Made by a program: the position numbers and the translations under genes. This document shows positions 27,501 through 34,875 of a stretch of 64,000 nt of DNA, one piece after another. The stretch covers positions 11,181 through 75,180 of the forward strand of contig OY775914.1 of NCBI GenBank assembly GCA_963675215.1, written 5' to 3'. The notes beneath the pieces are model-generated. The model made no database searches. It was not told the origin of the DNA and was given only the letters and a program-made list of their open reading frames with translations. The DNA comes from Bacteroidales bacterium. GTDB taxonomy: Bacteria; Bacteroidota; Bacteroidia; Bacteroidales; GCA-2711565. Position 1 is the stretch's first letter. Each line of letters starts with the position of its first letter.

Positions 27501-27869
27501 GATGCTTATGTCGAAGAGGTGGTTACCTTTTGGGAAGCGGTTGAAAGGAAAAAACAAGGGCTTCCTGTTATTAATAAAACCCCTAAAAACGGGAATGAAT
27601 TTGAATGCTCATTACAAATTAATGATTTATTCCTACTAAATATCAATGAAGTAGACATCAACTGGGAAAAACCTGACCAGAACTATTTAAGCAAATTTCT
27701 TTATCGTGTCCAAAAACTATCTGCTTCTTATTATACTTTCAGGCATCATTTGGCTGCAACTCTAGAATATAAGGATGAAGAAATAACGATTCAAAGTTTC
27801 AAAGCTTGGAAAGGACATAACCCACTAAAAGTAAAGATAAACCATTTTGGGGAAATTTCAAGATTTTAA
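24597..27869 (+). CDS. cas9: Cas9, type II-C, 1090 aa
   Basis: RuvC-I: ILGLDLGTNSIGWAL. Arg-rich bridge helix: RRNARQLRKQYFRRSLRKK. RuvC-II: INVEMARDL. HNH: CPYTG...QIEHIIPYSVSLDDSFANKTLC. RuvC-III: DDHRHHAIDALTVA. All catalytic residues appear intact. Confidence 0.95.
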   Translation: MARILGLDLGTNSIGWALIDDKENKIINTGVRIFQEGINRDTKGGELSKNETRRNARQLRKQYFRRSLRKKLLLKILKENQMCPIEENDFSTWIKMNPYKLRALAIHSKLSLTEIGRIFFHIAQRRGFKSSRKSGKEDGKIYSGLKESGTIGIDQTQENIAKGYHTLGEYLASIDPSEERLRNRYTTRRMYEQEFELIWDKQAQFHPKTFTHSLKDKLGYEKEGIIFYQRKLKSQKTNIGKCTLEPNKHRCPISTPVYEEFRTWQFINTIQYDQKRLSNDEREVASQFFFNKASFKFSELKKKLGLSEYNFNYDDDQKIPGTSTISTFRKLFTTNIWEAKTDKEKDIIWHIFFSAEDTDWLEEYAKTNWNFDQKTSAKLKNINLKQDYSNLSRKAINNILPFLKKGYLYNDAVVLGGIRNAIGGEKFDALEETEYNMIIDGYFAAKKFKNKEGELIELVKNFLIDHYHLNDKALKKLYHHSQDTESMLVVSKLPEPENLRNPIAQQAIFELRTLINKLIENYGKPDTINVEMARDLKSSKKQRDEYRFNQRRNQEKNDEARVEVEKFGLKPSRNNIQKYLLWKELEAKNGIAVCPYTGKTINEEDALGENNKFQIEHIIPYSVSLDDSFANKTLCDAKENQKKGDKTPYQFYGGDKKDWQMRSERAFKLLPYHKAKKFVSTKEFQLDDFIQRQLNDTRIISKAAKDYLKQLGVKVSVLPGQLTSELRSKWGLNNILNPEEGKKTRDDHRHHAIDALTVAATKQSFLQEMSKWNKYNKSYDLKDFPKPWKSFFEDTQTSINNVLVSYHKQHRTITKANKTIKKDGKKYKSSGISARGQLHKETVYGQHLSSNGEKYYHVRKPLNTIDNKAKVDKIVDPMVRSIIESFLRGKGINVDEKYKLDKDIFFKINEDTGQKETLIYLPNKNGSPIPVKKVRIKEFSTGAVKLKDHINQWVEPGNNHHISIYKNGDAYVEEVVTFWEAVERKKQGLPVINKTPKNGNEFECSLQINDLFLLNINEVDINWEKPDQNYLSKFLYRVQKLSASYYTFRHHLAATLEYKDEEITIQSFKAWKGHNPLKVKINHFGEISRF

Positions 27870-27891
27870 ATGCCTGCTCATACTATTAACT

Positions 27892-28782
27892 ATGCTTAAA
27901 CGAATCTTATATTTCTCAAAACCTTATCACTTAAACACCAAGAACGAACAACTAATCATTACCAATAAAGAAAATGGAGAAATTAAACAAGCCCCCATTG
28001 AAGACATTGGCTTTGCCGTTTTTGATCATCCCCAAATTACGTTTACGCAATCGGTTGTTCAAATACTGGCCGAAAATAATACAGCCATTGTTTTTTGCGA
28101 CAAAAAACATCACCCTTCTTCTCTGCTTTATCATTTAGATTCAAATACGGTTCAAAGCGAAATTTTCAGACATCAAATTAATGCCAGCGAACCCCTAAAA
28201 AAGAATCTTTGGAAACAAACCATTGAGGCTAAAATAAAAAACCAAGCAGCTCTTATAAAAAAAATCGGTAGAGACGAAAGCCAAATTCATTTACATTCAC
28301 AATTGGTAAAGAGCGGCGACACAGATAACCGAGAGGCTCAAGCCGCCCGTTTATACTGGAAACGATTGTTTAGTGAAGGATTTAAGCGCGAGCGCTATGG
28401 AATGCCCCCCAATCCCAGTTTAAACTATGGGTATGCCATTTTACGAGCAGCCGTTGCACGTGCACTCAGCGCATCCGGGCTTTTGCCAACACTGGGGATT
28501 CACCATCACAACAAATACAATGCCTATTGCCTTGCCGATGATATTATGGAACCCTATCGTCCTTTTGTTGATGAATGCGTGCTGGAAATTAAAAAGAATA
28601 ACCCGGATTATCACATCATCGATAAAAATCAAAAAGCAACCTTATTAAACATTTTAAACAAAGATGTGTATTTTGAAAATATAAATCGCCCCCTGATGGT
28701 AGGGCTAAGCATCACAACGGCCTCACTGGCCAGGTGTTTTAATGGAAAAACCAAGAAATTATTATTTCCATCATTTAAATAA
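27892..28782 (+). CDS. cas1: Cas1 integrase
   Basis: The type II Cas1 N-terminus is MLKRILYFSKPYHLNTKNEQL. I chose the internal ATG at 27892, not the track start at 27847, which overlaps the cas9 stop. Confidence 0.9.
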   Translation: MLKRILYFSKPYHLNTKNEQLIITNKENGEIKQAPIEDIGFAVFDHPQITFTQSVVQILAENNTAIVFCDKKHHPSSLLYHLDSNTVQSEIFRHQINASEPLKKNLWKQTIEAKIKNQAALIKKIGRDESQIHLHSQLVKSGDTDNREAQAARLYWKRLFSEGFKRERYGMPPNPSLNYGYAILRAAVARALSASGLLPTLGIHHHNKYNAYCLADDIMEPYRPFVDECVLEIKKNNPDYHIIDKNQKATLLNILNKDVYFENINRPLMVGLSITTASLARCFNGKTKKLLFPSFK

Positions 28783-29121
28783 ATGAGTTTTAACCGGCTA
28801 AATGCCTATCATATTATGTGGCTGTTTGTATTTTTTGATCTGCCAACCAACACTAAAAAAGAAAGAGGCTTTGCCGCTCGATTCCGAAAAAACCTCTTAA
28901 AAGATGGCTTTAGTATGATGCAATATTCGGTTTACAACCGTCATTGTGCCAGTCGCGAAAGTGCCCATGTTCATATAAAAAGGGTTCAATCATTTATAGG
29001 CGAAAAAGGAAGAGTTAGTATTATGATGGTCACCGACAAACAATATGGTGAGATTATAAACTATTGGGGTATGAAAGAAGACCCCCTGCCCGAAGCACCA
29101 AAACAATTAGAACTTTTTTAA
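28783..29121 (+). CDS. cas2: Cas2
   Basis: 112 aa. Type II Cas2 signature: YHIMWLFVFFDLPTNTKKERGFAARFRKNLLKDGFSMMQYSVY. It abuts the cas1 stop. Confidence 0.9.
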   Translation: MSFNRLNAYHIMWLFVFFDLPTNTKKERGFAARFRKNLLKDGFSMMQYSVYNRHCASRESAHVHIKRVQSFIGEKGRVSIMMVTDKQYGEIINYWGMKEDPLPEAPKQLELF

Positions 29122-29167
29122 ATTAATCCTAATTCAAAAAACCAGATTTGAACCTTGCATAAGTATT

Positions 29168-29202
29168 CAACCTTATCATTTTTTTAATCAAGAAAATCAC
29201 GC
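29168..29202. repeat. Decayed (fossil) CRISPR repeat at the cas2-proximal end of the array
   Basis: caaCCTTATCATTTTTTTAATCAAGAAAATCACGC resembles the repeat at roughly two thirds of positions by eye. Shared blocks are TTATC, TTAATCAA and ATCAC. It sits one spacer-length (34 nt) before repeat 1. Confidence 0.35.
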
Positions 29203-29236
29203 TTCACTTTGATTACCAGAAGGCTTATCGCCAACT

Positions 29237-30327
29237 AATATCTTTTATCCATAAAATTAATCAAATCACAACATTACAATACAAACTAGCTGTTCCAAAC
29301 TTAATATCTTTTATCCATAAAATTAATCAAATCACAACTCACACATACTACCAATGGTCGATCTTTTTAATATCTTTTATCCATAAAATTAATCAAATCA
29401 CAACTGTATAATCATCACCACCGCTTTCAAATCCAATATCTTTTATCCATAAAATTAATCAAATCACAACTAGAGTTTGTATGTTTCCGCATGATGGGCA
29501 AATATCTTTTATCCATAAAATTAATCAAATCACAACTACAACAGGAGGTGAGTTTTATAGCAGCTTAATATCTTTTATCCATAAAATTAATCAAATCACA
29601 ACATATATCCGGCGTATTCAGTCTAACCTTATAATATCTTTTATCCATAAAATTAATCAAATCACAACTATTTCCCACTGCATAATAGGCAGGCAATGAA
29701 TATCTTTTATCCATAAAATTAATCAAATCACAACTATTAACGCCCATTGATTGTGCTTTCTTTTAATATCTTTTATCCATAAAATTAATCAAATCACAAC
29801 ACACGACCGGGTTCTTTAATTCCTTTTAAAATATCTTTTATCCATAAAATTAATCAAATCACAACAGTATGATGTAAACGGTAAAGAATATTCAGAATAT
29901 CTTTTATCCATAAAATTAATCAAATCACAACTAGCCTCGATGACATTAAATTATTTGATGAAATATCTTTTATCCATAAAATTAATCAAATCACAACTAT
30001 TTCCCACTGCATAATAGGCAGGCAATGAATATCTTTTATCCATAAAATTAATCAAATCACAACTATTAACGCCCATTGATTGTGCTTTCTTTTAATATCT
30101 TTTATCCATAAAATTAATCAAATCACAACTCAAAACGTCCAAATGTACCATGTGATTTAAATATCTTTTATCCATAAAATTAATCAAATCACAACTGTTT
30201 GGTGGTAGCCCGTGCCAAAGTTTTAAATATCTTTTATCCATAAAATTAATCAAATCACAACATAAAGAAGGTGAAACCGTTGCACGACCTAAATATCTTT
30301 TATCCATAAAATTAATCAAATCACAAG
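29237..30327 (-). CRISPR. CRISPR array: 17 repeats of 36 nt and 16 spacers (15 of 30 nt, one of 29 nt)
   Basis: The plus-strand repeat is AATATCTTTTATCCATAAAATTAATCAAATCACAAC. In the crRNA sense it is GTTGTGATTTGATTAATTTTATGGATAAAAGATATT. Repeats start at 29237, 29303, 29369, 29435, 29501, 29567, 29633, 29699, 29765, 29830, 29896, 29962, 30028, 30094, 30160, 30226 and 30292. The last repeat ends in G where the others end in C. Strand is assigned from the GTTGTG start and tracrRNA complementarity. Confidence 0.97.
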
Positions 30328-30472
30328 CTCCTCATTCGTTTTTTTTAATAAACGCTTTTCGAAAAAGCTTTATGAATGACAACGGTGTCATAAAGGCTAT
30401 CAGCAAACAGAACCTTATGAACTCATACCAACAACAAAACAATTTTTAAAATACAGTAGTATAAAATATAAG

Positions 30473-30530
30473 TTTGACTAGTTAATTACTATATTTCAAC
30501 TAGTTAAGTTAAGTGTTTTGACTAGTCAAA
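30473..30530. promoter_or_regulatory. Three phased palindromic boxes (TTRACTAGTYAA)
   Basis: The boxes are TTTGACTAGTTAA (30473-30485), TTCAACTAGTTAA (30495-30507) and the perfect palindrome TTTGACTAGTCAAA (30517-30530). Their ACTAGT cores start at 30477, 30499 and 30521, exactly 22 bp apart. Confidence 0.45.
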
Positions 30531-30632
30531 CTGAAAGTTTTGTTAAGTTAAAAATATTACTTCAAAACAATCAGGAGGACATTTGACCAGTAATGGTATA
30601 AAGTAAAAACATATTCTTCAACAAGAAACATC

Positions 30633-31013
30633 ATGTCAATTCGATTCAAAGCTGTAAAACTCAAAGACAATATTAATCCGGAAACACCCGATATGTTTAT
30701 CGCCGTAGCAAAAAGTCGTGGTATAACCACATTGGATGAACTTTCAAAAAATATCGCACTCATGTCAACAGTTAGCCGGGCCGATGTTTATGCCGTGCTT
30801 ATTGCCTTATGCGATAGCCTGCCACAAGCTTTAAGTAAAGGAAATATTGTTCGTTTAGGTCATTTCGGAAGTTTTATGATTGGGCTGGGGAGCGAAACAG
30901 CTGAATCGTCCGACGAAATTACGATGAAAAAAGTGAATCAAATAAAACTACGTTTTAGACCTTCAAAAGAAATTAAAAATGCATTAAAACAATTTGAATT
31001 AGAAAAAATTTAG
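30633..31013 (+). CDS. Bacteroidota-specific HU-like (histone-like) DNA-binding protein
   Basis: 126 aa. Its layout is typical of the HU_HIG-like family (KAVKLKDNINPETPDMFIAVAKSRG...VRLGHFGSFMIGL...IKLRFRPSKEIKNAL). Confidence 0.7.
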   Translation: MSIRFKAVKLKDNINPETPDMFIAVAKSRGITTLDELSKNIALMSTVSRADVYAVLIALCDSLPQALSKGNIVRLGHFGSFMIGLGSETAESSDEITMKKVNQIKLRFRPSKEIKNALKQFELEKI

Positions 31014-31015
31014 TT

Positions 31016-32446
31016 TTATTTAAATTCGAGTTCATTCTTTTTAAAAAACACAAATTCCCCCAAATAACTTTCAGTTCCAAAAACTTTAGCTTTTAGTTGA
31101 TCATCATTAAAAACACCTTTCAGCTCCAGCATTTGACCTGAATTGGTTAAAAAGGTTAAGGTTATATTTTTATCATTCAAAAAAAGATGATCTATTTTAT
31201 AAACGCTGCCATTGGAGGCAGTCATTTCGCCATAAATGGCATTCTTATTTGTCAACAGATTAACCACCAAAGCTTCATGCTTTGGATTTTCTGGTTTGGT
31301 TTCCCAACGTCCTTTAAAAAACTGATTCTCGACATTTTCAGCACGCTGCCAATGGTTCGTTAAATTCGCAATAGACTCATTAGGTTCTAATCCTCCCATT
31401 TTAAAAAATCCCTCTCCAACTAAATCAACCAAAGAATTCAAGAATTCTTTCATTTCTTTTGCCGTATATGGATGAAGTAAATCTTTCATATCCCCTCCCC
31501 TTTCGATATCCATATTTTGGATTAAACAAGGGCCCGACTTTGCTGCGAAATCAATGTCATTAAATGAAAGCTGCTTGATTGCAGGATTCAATCGTGTACG
31601 AAAATAGACCTGCTTTTTTAGAGGATCAAATACGATAGACCACTCGGCAACATCACTCACTTTAATTTTATCCAAAATATAAAATCCATAATCAATCACA
31701 TTTTGGTCGGGGTTATAATTTTTTATTAATTCGGCAGTCTTCACAAATCTTGGCACCTCTGGATTATCCATTTCAACTTTGTACAATCCACCGAAATTAT
31801 CATAATACTTTGCTATCTCCATTTCACGATCGTAAGCCGTATTAAATAATGCTTTTACAGGCATTTTTTCATCACGATTTATTTTCATTTTGCCATTAAC
31901 AAAAGTTAAAGCTGCACAATCGCCGCTCGCATCACCTAAAAAATAGTGCCAAGTCCATCCATCAATTTCTATCCCTTTAGTCAGCTCAAATGCTTCGTCT
32001 AAAGTTGAACAATTATCTAACAAATACTGCATCCATCCCATCTGGCTCAGCTTATGGAGCGAATCCCCTTGTGGATATTCGGTATCTTCATTCATTTCCT
32101 CAATAAAAAAGCCGGTTTCGTTCATTCCGCCATCAGGTAAATCTCTACCAAAATTATTGAAAGTGACTGATCCATATCGAGAGATCCAATTCAGTTTTGA
32201 AGGTTTGGCTACTTCTTTAAACATTAGCTCATTCAGGCTTCTTCCCATCTTAAAAACACCTCTTTTATTCACAAACACAATTCCGGGAACTCCAATATCG
32301 CCTTCATTTAAATTATGTCCAAAAATGAGTTTGCCTCCTTTATGAAGCATAAAGGTTGAACAAGCATTTGTTTTTGTAGTGTTTAGTAATGTTAAGGACA
32401 TTATTAAAATTCCTAACATTTTGATTTTTTGCATCCAGTTGCTCAT
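31016..32446 (-). CDS. Secreted linear-amide C-N hydrolase (choloylglycine hydrolase/Ntn family) with a C-terminal extension
   Basis: 476 aa. The signal peptide ends in the nucleophile context TNACSTFMLHKGG. About 130 extra C-terminal residues are of unknown fold. Confidence 0.65.
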   Translation of the reverse strand: MSNWMQKIKMLGILIMSLTLLNTTKTNACSTFMLHKGGKLIFGHNLNEGDIGVPGIVFVNKRGVFKMGRSLNELMFKEVAKPSKLNWISRYGSVTFNNFGRDLPDGGMNETGFFIEEMNEDTEYPQGDSLHKLSQMGWMQYLLDNCSTLDEAFELTKGIEIDGWTWHYFLGDASGDCAALTFVNGKMKINRDEKMPVKALFNTAYDREMEIAKYYDNFGGLYKVEMDNPEVPRFVKTAELIKNYNPDQNVIDYGFYILDKIKVSDVAEWSIVFDPLKKQVYFRTRLNPAIKQLSFNDIDFAAKSGPCLIQNMDIERGGDMKDLLHPYTAKEMKEFLNSLVDLVGEGFFKMGGLEPNESIANLTNHWQRAENVENQFFKGRWETKPENPKHEALVVNLLTNKNAIYGEMTASNGSVYKIDHLFLNDKNITLTFLTNSGQMLELKGVFNDDQLKAKVFGTESYLGEFVFFKKNELEFK

Positions 32447-32710
32447 CGTATTTTAATTTGGTTAATTACTTTCGTTATAACTTTGACGCCCAAATCTATG
32501 CATGAGTTACAGCCAAGATGATAATACTTTAAACAACACAAAAGAGTTTTACAGGCAAAAAACAGGTATTCACCGATTTTTGCTTTAAACCGTAAAAACG
32601 TTAGCATAGTTTTGTGTGATTATAAAAAGATGGCCGTTTACTTATATTGATAATATCAAAGATTGGGGGTCGTCCAATTATTAATTTAATTTTTATCAAA
32701 AAATAATCCC

Positions 32711-34450
32711 ATGAAAATATTTAAATTATTATCACCTATATTTTTCGTTTTCTTATTTCTATTAGGGGAACCAACTTACGCACAAGAAAGTACCAATAAA
32801 CTTGAAGTTGGATACAGAAGAACTGGAAACATTGATGCAGAAGGGTTTTCATTGCAACGAAAAACAACCATTCAAATTGAAGGCTATGGCGGTTTATATG
32901 AAAGAATGGGCAGCGATTTAATGTTTTATGGGTGGATCCTTGATGCGAAGACCCGTGAAGTGGTATGGAGTTTACTAAAAGAAAAAAATGATGAATTTTA
33001 CAGGCATCGGGATCGGGGCAGGTTTTCTTTTAATAGCGAAATCACCCTGCCAGCCGGCGATTATGAGGTTTACTATGCGGCTGGATTAGATCAGGACAAT
33101 AAAAATGGCAGAAGTTTCGTAATTGACGATTTGGGTGATTTGATCGATTTGATATTTAATGGAAATTCCAGAGAGCGCGACTCAAGAAGATATGAAGATT
33201 TTACGATGCAGGTGATTGGCCCTGCCGGAAATTTTGAAAAAAATGATTGGCGTGAAAGTGTTGACGAATTTTCAAAAACATGCATCGCTTCTATTGTTCG
33301 GGCAGGAGATGATGAATTCATCACAGAAAATTTTACAGTTGAGGATGATATTGAACTAAACATCCGAGGAATTGGCGAGCAAAACGATGGGGAGCAATTT
33401 GATTTTGCCTGGATAGTGGATACAAAAACCTATGAGAAAATTTGGCCAACAAAAGCAAGCAGGTTTAAAACAGCCGGTGGAGGCAGAAAAAACAAATTGG
33501 TGTCGGAAAAAATTGAACTACCTAAAGGAAATTACACCCTTTATTATATTTCCGATGACAGTCATTCTTTCGACAAATGGAATGTACTTCCACCTTACGA
33601 TCCTCAATTCTGGGGGATTTCTATCTGGGCTAATGAAAAAGATCGCCACAAAGTTCAATTAAGTGAAGAATCAGATTCCTTTGTTTTGAAACTTACCAAA
33701 GCCAGAGATAATGATTATTTGAGCCAGGCTTTTAAGTTAAAAAAAGACATGAAAATTCGGGTTTACAGCATCGGCGAACGATCAGGAAATTATGACATGG
33801 CAGATTATGGCTGGATTATCAATACCGATACACACGAAAAAGTTTGGGAGTTTAAATCCAGAAATTCGGAATACGCCGGAGGTGGCGAAAAAAACAGAAT
33901 GGTAAATGAAGAAATAGAATTAGAAAAAGGAAATTATATGGCATACTACGTTACAGATGGATCACATTCATATCGTGATTGGAATGTGGCTCCACCATTA
34001 ATCCCGGACCTTTACGGGTTAAGCATTTTGGCAGGTGACGAAAGTGATTATTTCGAATTATCAGATGCACACACCATTACGGATGAAAATCTTCTTGCTG
34101 AAATTGTGAGGGTTAGGGATAACATATACGAACGAAAAAACTTTACGCTAAGCAAAGAATCGAAAATAAGGATTTATGCCATAGGCGAAGGGACTAACTG
34201 GGATATGGATGATACAGGATGGATCAAAAGTCGGGAGACCGGGAAAGTTGTTTGGGAAATGACCTACAGAAATACCGAGCCTGCCGGTGGAGCGTCAAAA
34301 AACAAACTATTTGACGGGACCATCATTTTACCTGAAGGTGAATACACGGTTTATTTCGAAACCGATGGTTCTCACTCTTACCGCGATTGGAACGCCTCAG
34401 CACCTCATGATCAAGAACATTACGGCATAAGTGTTTATTTGGTGAAATAA
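32711..34450 (+). CDS. Secreted protein made of four ~130-aa internal repeats, function unknown
   Basis: 579 aa with a signal peptide. A recurring block appears four times: GWI.D..T.E.VW...AGG..KN...E.I.L..G.Y..YY..DGSHS...WN..PP. Confidence 0.7.
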   Translation: MKIFKLLSPIFFVFLFLLGEPTYAQESTNKLEVGYRRTGNIDAEGFSLQRKTTIQIEGYGGLYERMGSDLMFYGWILDAKTREVVWSLLKEKNDEFYRHRDRGRFSFNSEITLPAGDYEVYYAAGLDQDNKNGRSFVIDDLGDLIDLIFNGNSRERDSRRYEDFTMQVIGPAGNFEKNDWRESVDEFSKTCIASIVRAGDDEFITENFTVEDDIELNIRGIGEQNDGEQFDFAWIVDTKTYEKIWPTKASRFKTAGGGRKNKLVSEKIELPKGNYTLYYISDDSHSFDKWNVLPPYDPQFWGISIWANEKDRHKVQLSEESDSFVLKLTKARDNDYLSQAFKLKKDMKIRVYSIGERSGNYDMADYGWIINTDTHEKVWEFKSRNSEYAGGGEKNRMVNEEIELEKGNYMAYYVTDGSHSYRDWNVAPPLIPDLYGLSILAGDESDYFELSDAHTITDENLLAEIVRVRDNIYERKNFTLSKESKIRIYAIGEGTNWDMDDTGWIKSRETGKVVWEMTYRNTEPAGGASKNKLFDGTIILPEGEYTVYFETDGSHSYRDWNASAPHDQEHYGISVYLVK

Positions 34451-34530
34451 AAATTAAATTTAAAACAAGATATTTAGACGAAAGTACTATTAACAACATT
34501 CGCTTTTAAAACTACACTGGTTACGAAAAT

Positions 34531-34566
34531 AAAAGGATGGCATCCTCATGAGGATGCCATCCTTTT
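34531..34566. terminator. Bidirectional intrinsic terminator
   Basis: AAAA-GGATGGCATCCTCA/TGAGGATGCCATCC-TTTT. The 28-nt palindrome at 34535-34562 is perfect and is flanked by A4 and T4. Confidence 0.8.
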
Positions 34567-34601
34567 GTACAAAAAATAATCATCACACATTACATCGCAC
34601 C

Positions 34602-34685
34602 TTTCGATACGATTTCTTTGAAATCACTCATGGTGCTGTTTGGCATTGAGTAATCTCGCTAAAAGCGAGATTGTATCGAAATGCC
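34602..34685 (+). repeat. REPIN/BIME-like structured element, copy 1
   Basis: TTTCGATAC-[GATTTCtttGAAATC]-ACTCA-16 nt-GGCATTGAGT-[AATCTCGCtaaaaGCGAGATT]-GTATCGAAATGCC. It is an inverted doublet of the unit TTCGATAC-hairpin-ACTCA. Confidence 0.55.
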
Positions 34686-34875
34686 TACTAAAACCCATTC
34701 CTTATCACGCAACCCTTTCACTGTAAATCACATCTATTAAAAAACTATGCATAACCTATATGAATAACGATTTGATTGAAAGATTTATCAAAATATGGGG
34801 TGACTATTTCGTTTTTTCGGAATAAAGTTTTGTAACTAACTTAATCTTTTTCTAAATTTATCATTATCCGATAAC

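Noticed and set aside
27847-27891. Track start of cas1 at 27847, which overlaps the end of cas9
   Set aside because: The N-terminus MGKFQDFKCLLILLT has no Cas1 character. The ATG at 27892 gives the canonical type II Cas1 start MLKRILYF and removes the overlap.
29168-29236. Possible second tracrRNA on the plus strand between cas2 and the array (repeat-like sequence followed by AAGGCTTATCGCC)
   Set aside because: The AAGGC motif is separated from the repeat-like part by 20 nt. There is no downstream hairpin or terminator before the array, and complementarity to the repeat is poorer than for the 24447-24473 anti-repeat. It is better explained as a decayed repeat and is kept as a low-confidence feature.
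29481-30319. ORF-track entries 29481-29699 (+), 29565-29747 (-) and 30092-30319 (-), with the recurring peptide ISFIHKINQITT / CDLINFMDKRY
   Set aside because: They are translations of the CRISPR repeats. The periodic identical peptide is an artefact of the 66-bp repeat unit.
29237-30327. Promoters inside each CRISPR repeat, as reported for some type II-C arrays
   Set aside because: On the crRNA strand the repeat has no match to TAnnTTTG. The closest match, TATCTTTT, is on the opposite strand. Without transcript data I cannot support this claim.
30292-30420. The terminal repeat plus downstream sequence (T8 run, GCTTTTcgaAAAAGC and TGACAacggTGTCA hairpins, AAAGGCTAT) as a plus-strand tracrRNA
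   Set aside because: A perfect repeat copy followed 11 nt later by a T8 run, with no nexus directly after the anti-repeat, does not fit tracrRNA architecture. The upstream candidate has every canonical element.
34760-34825. A 21-aa upstream ORF (MNNDLIERFIKIWGDYFVFSE) ahead of the lipoprotein pair
   Set aside because: It is too short, has no obvious ribosome-binding context, and conservation cannot be assessed from one sequence.
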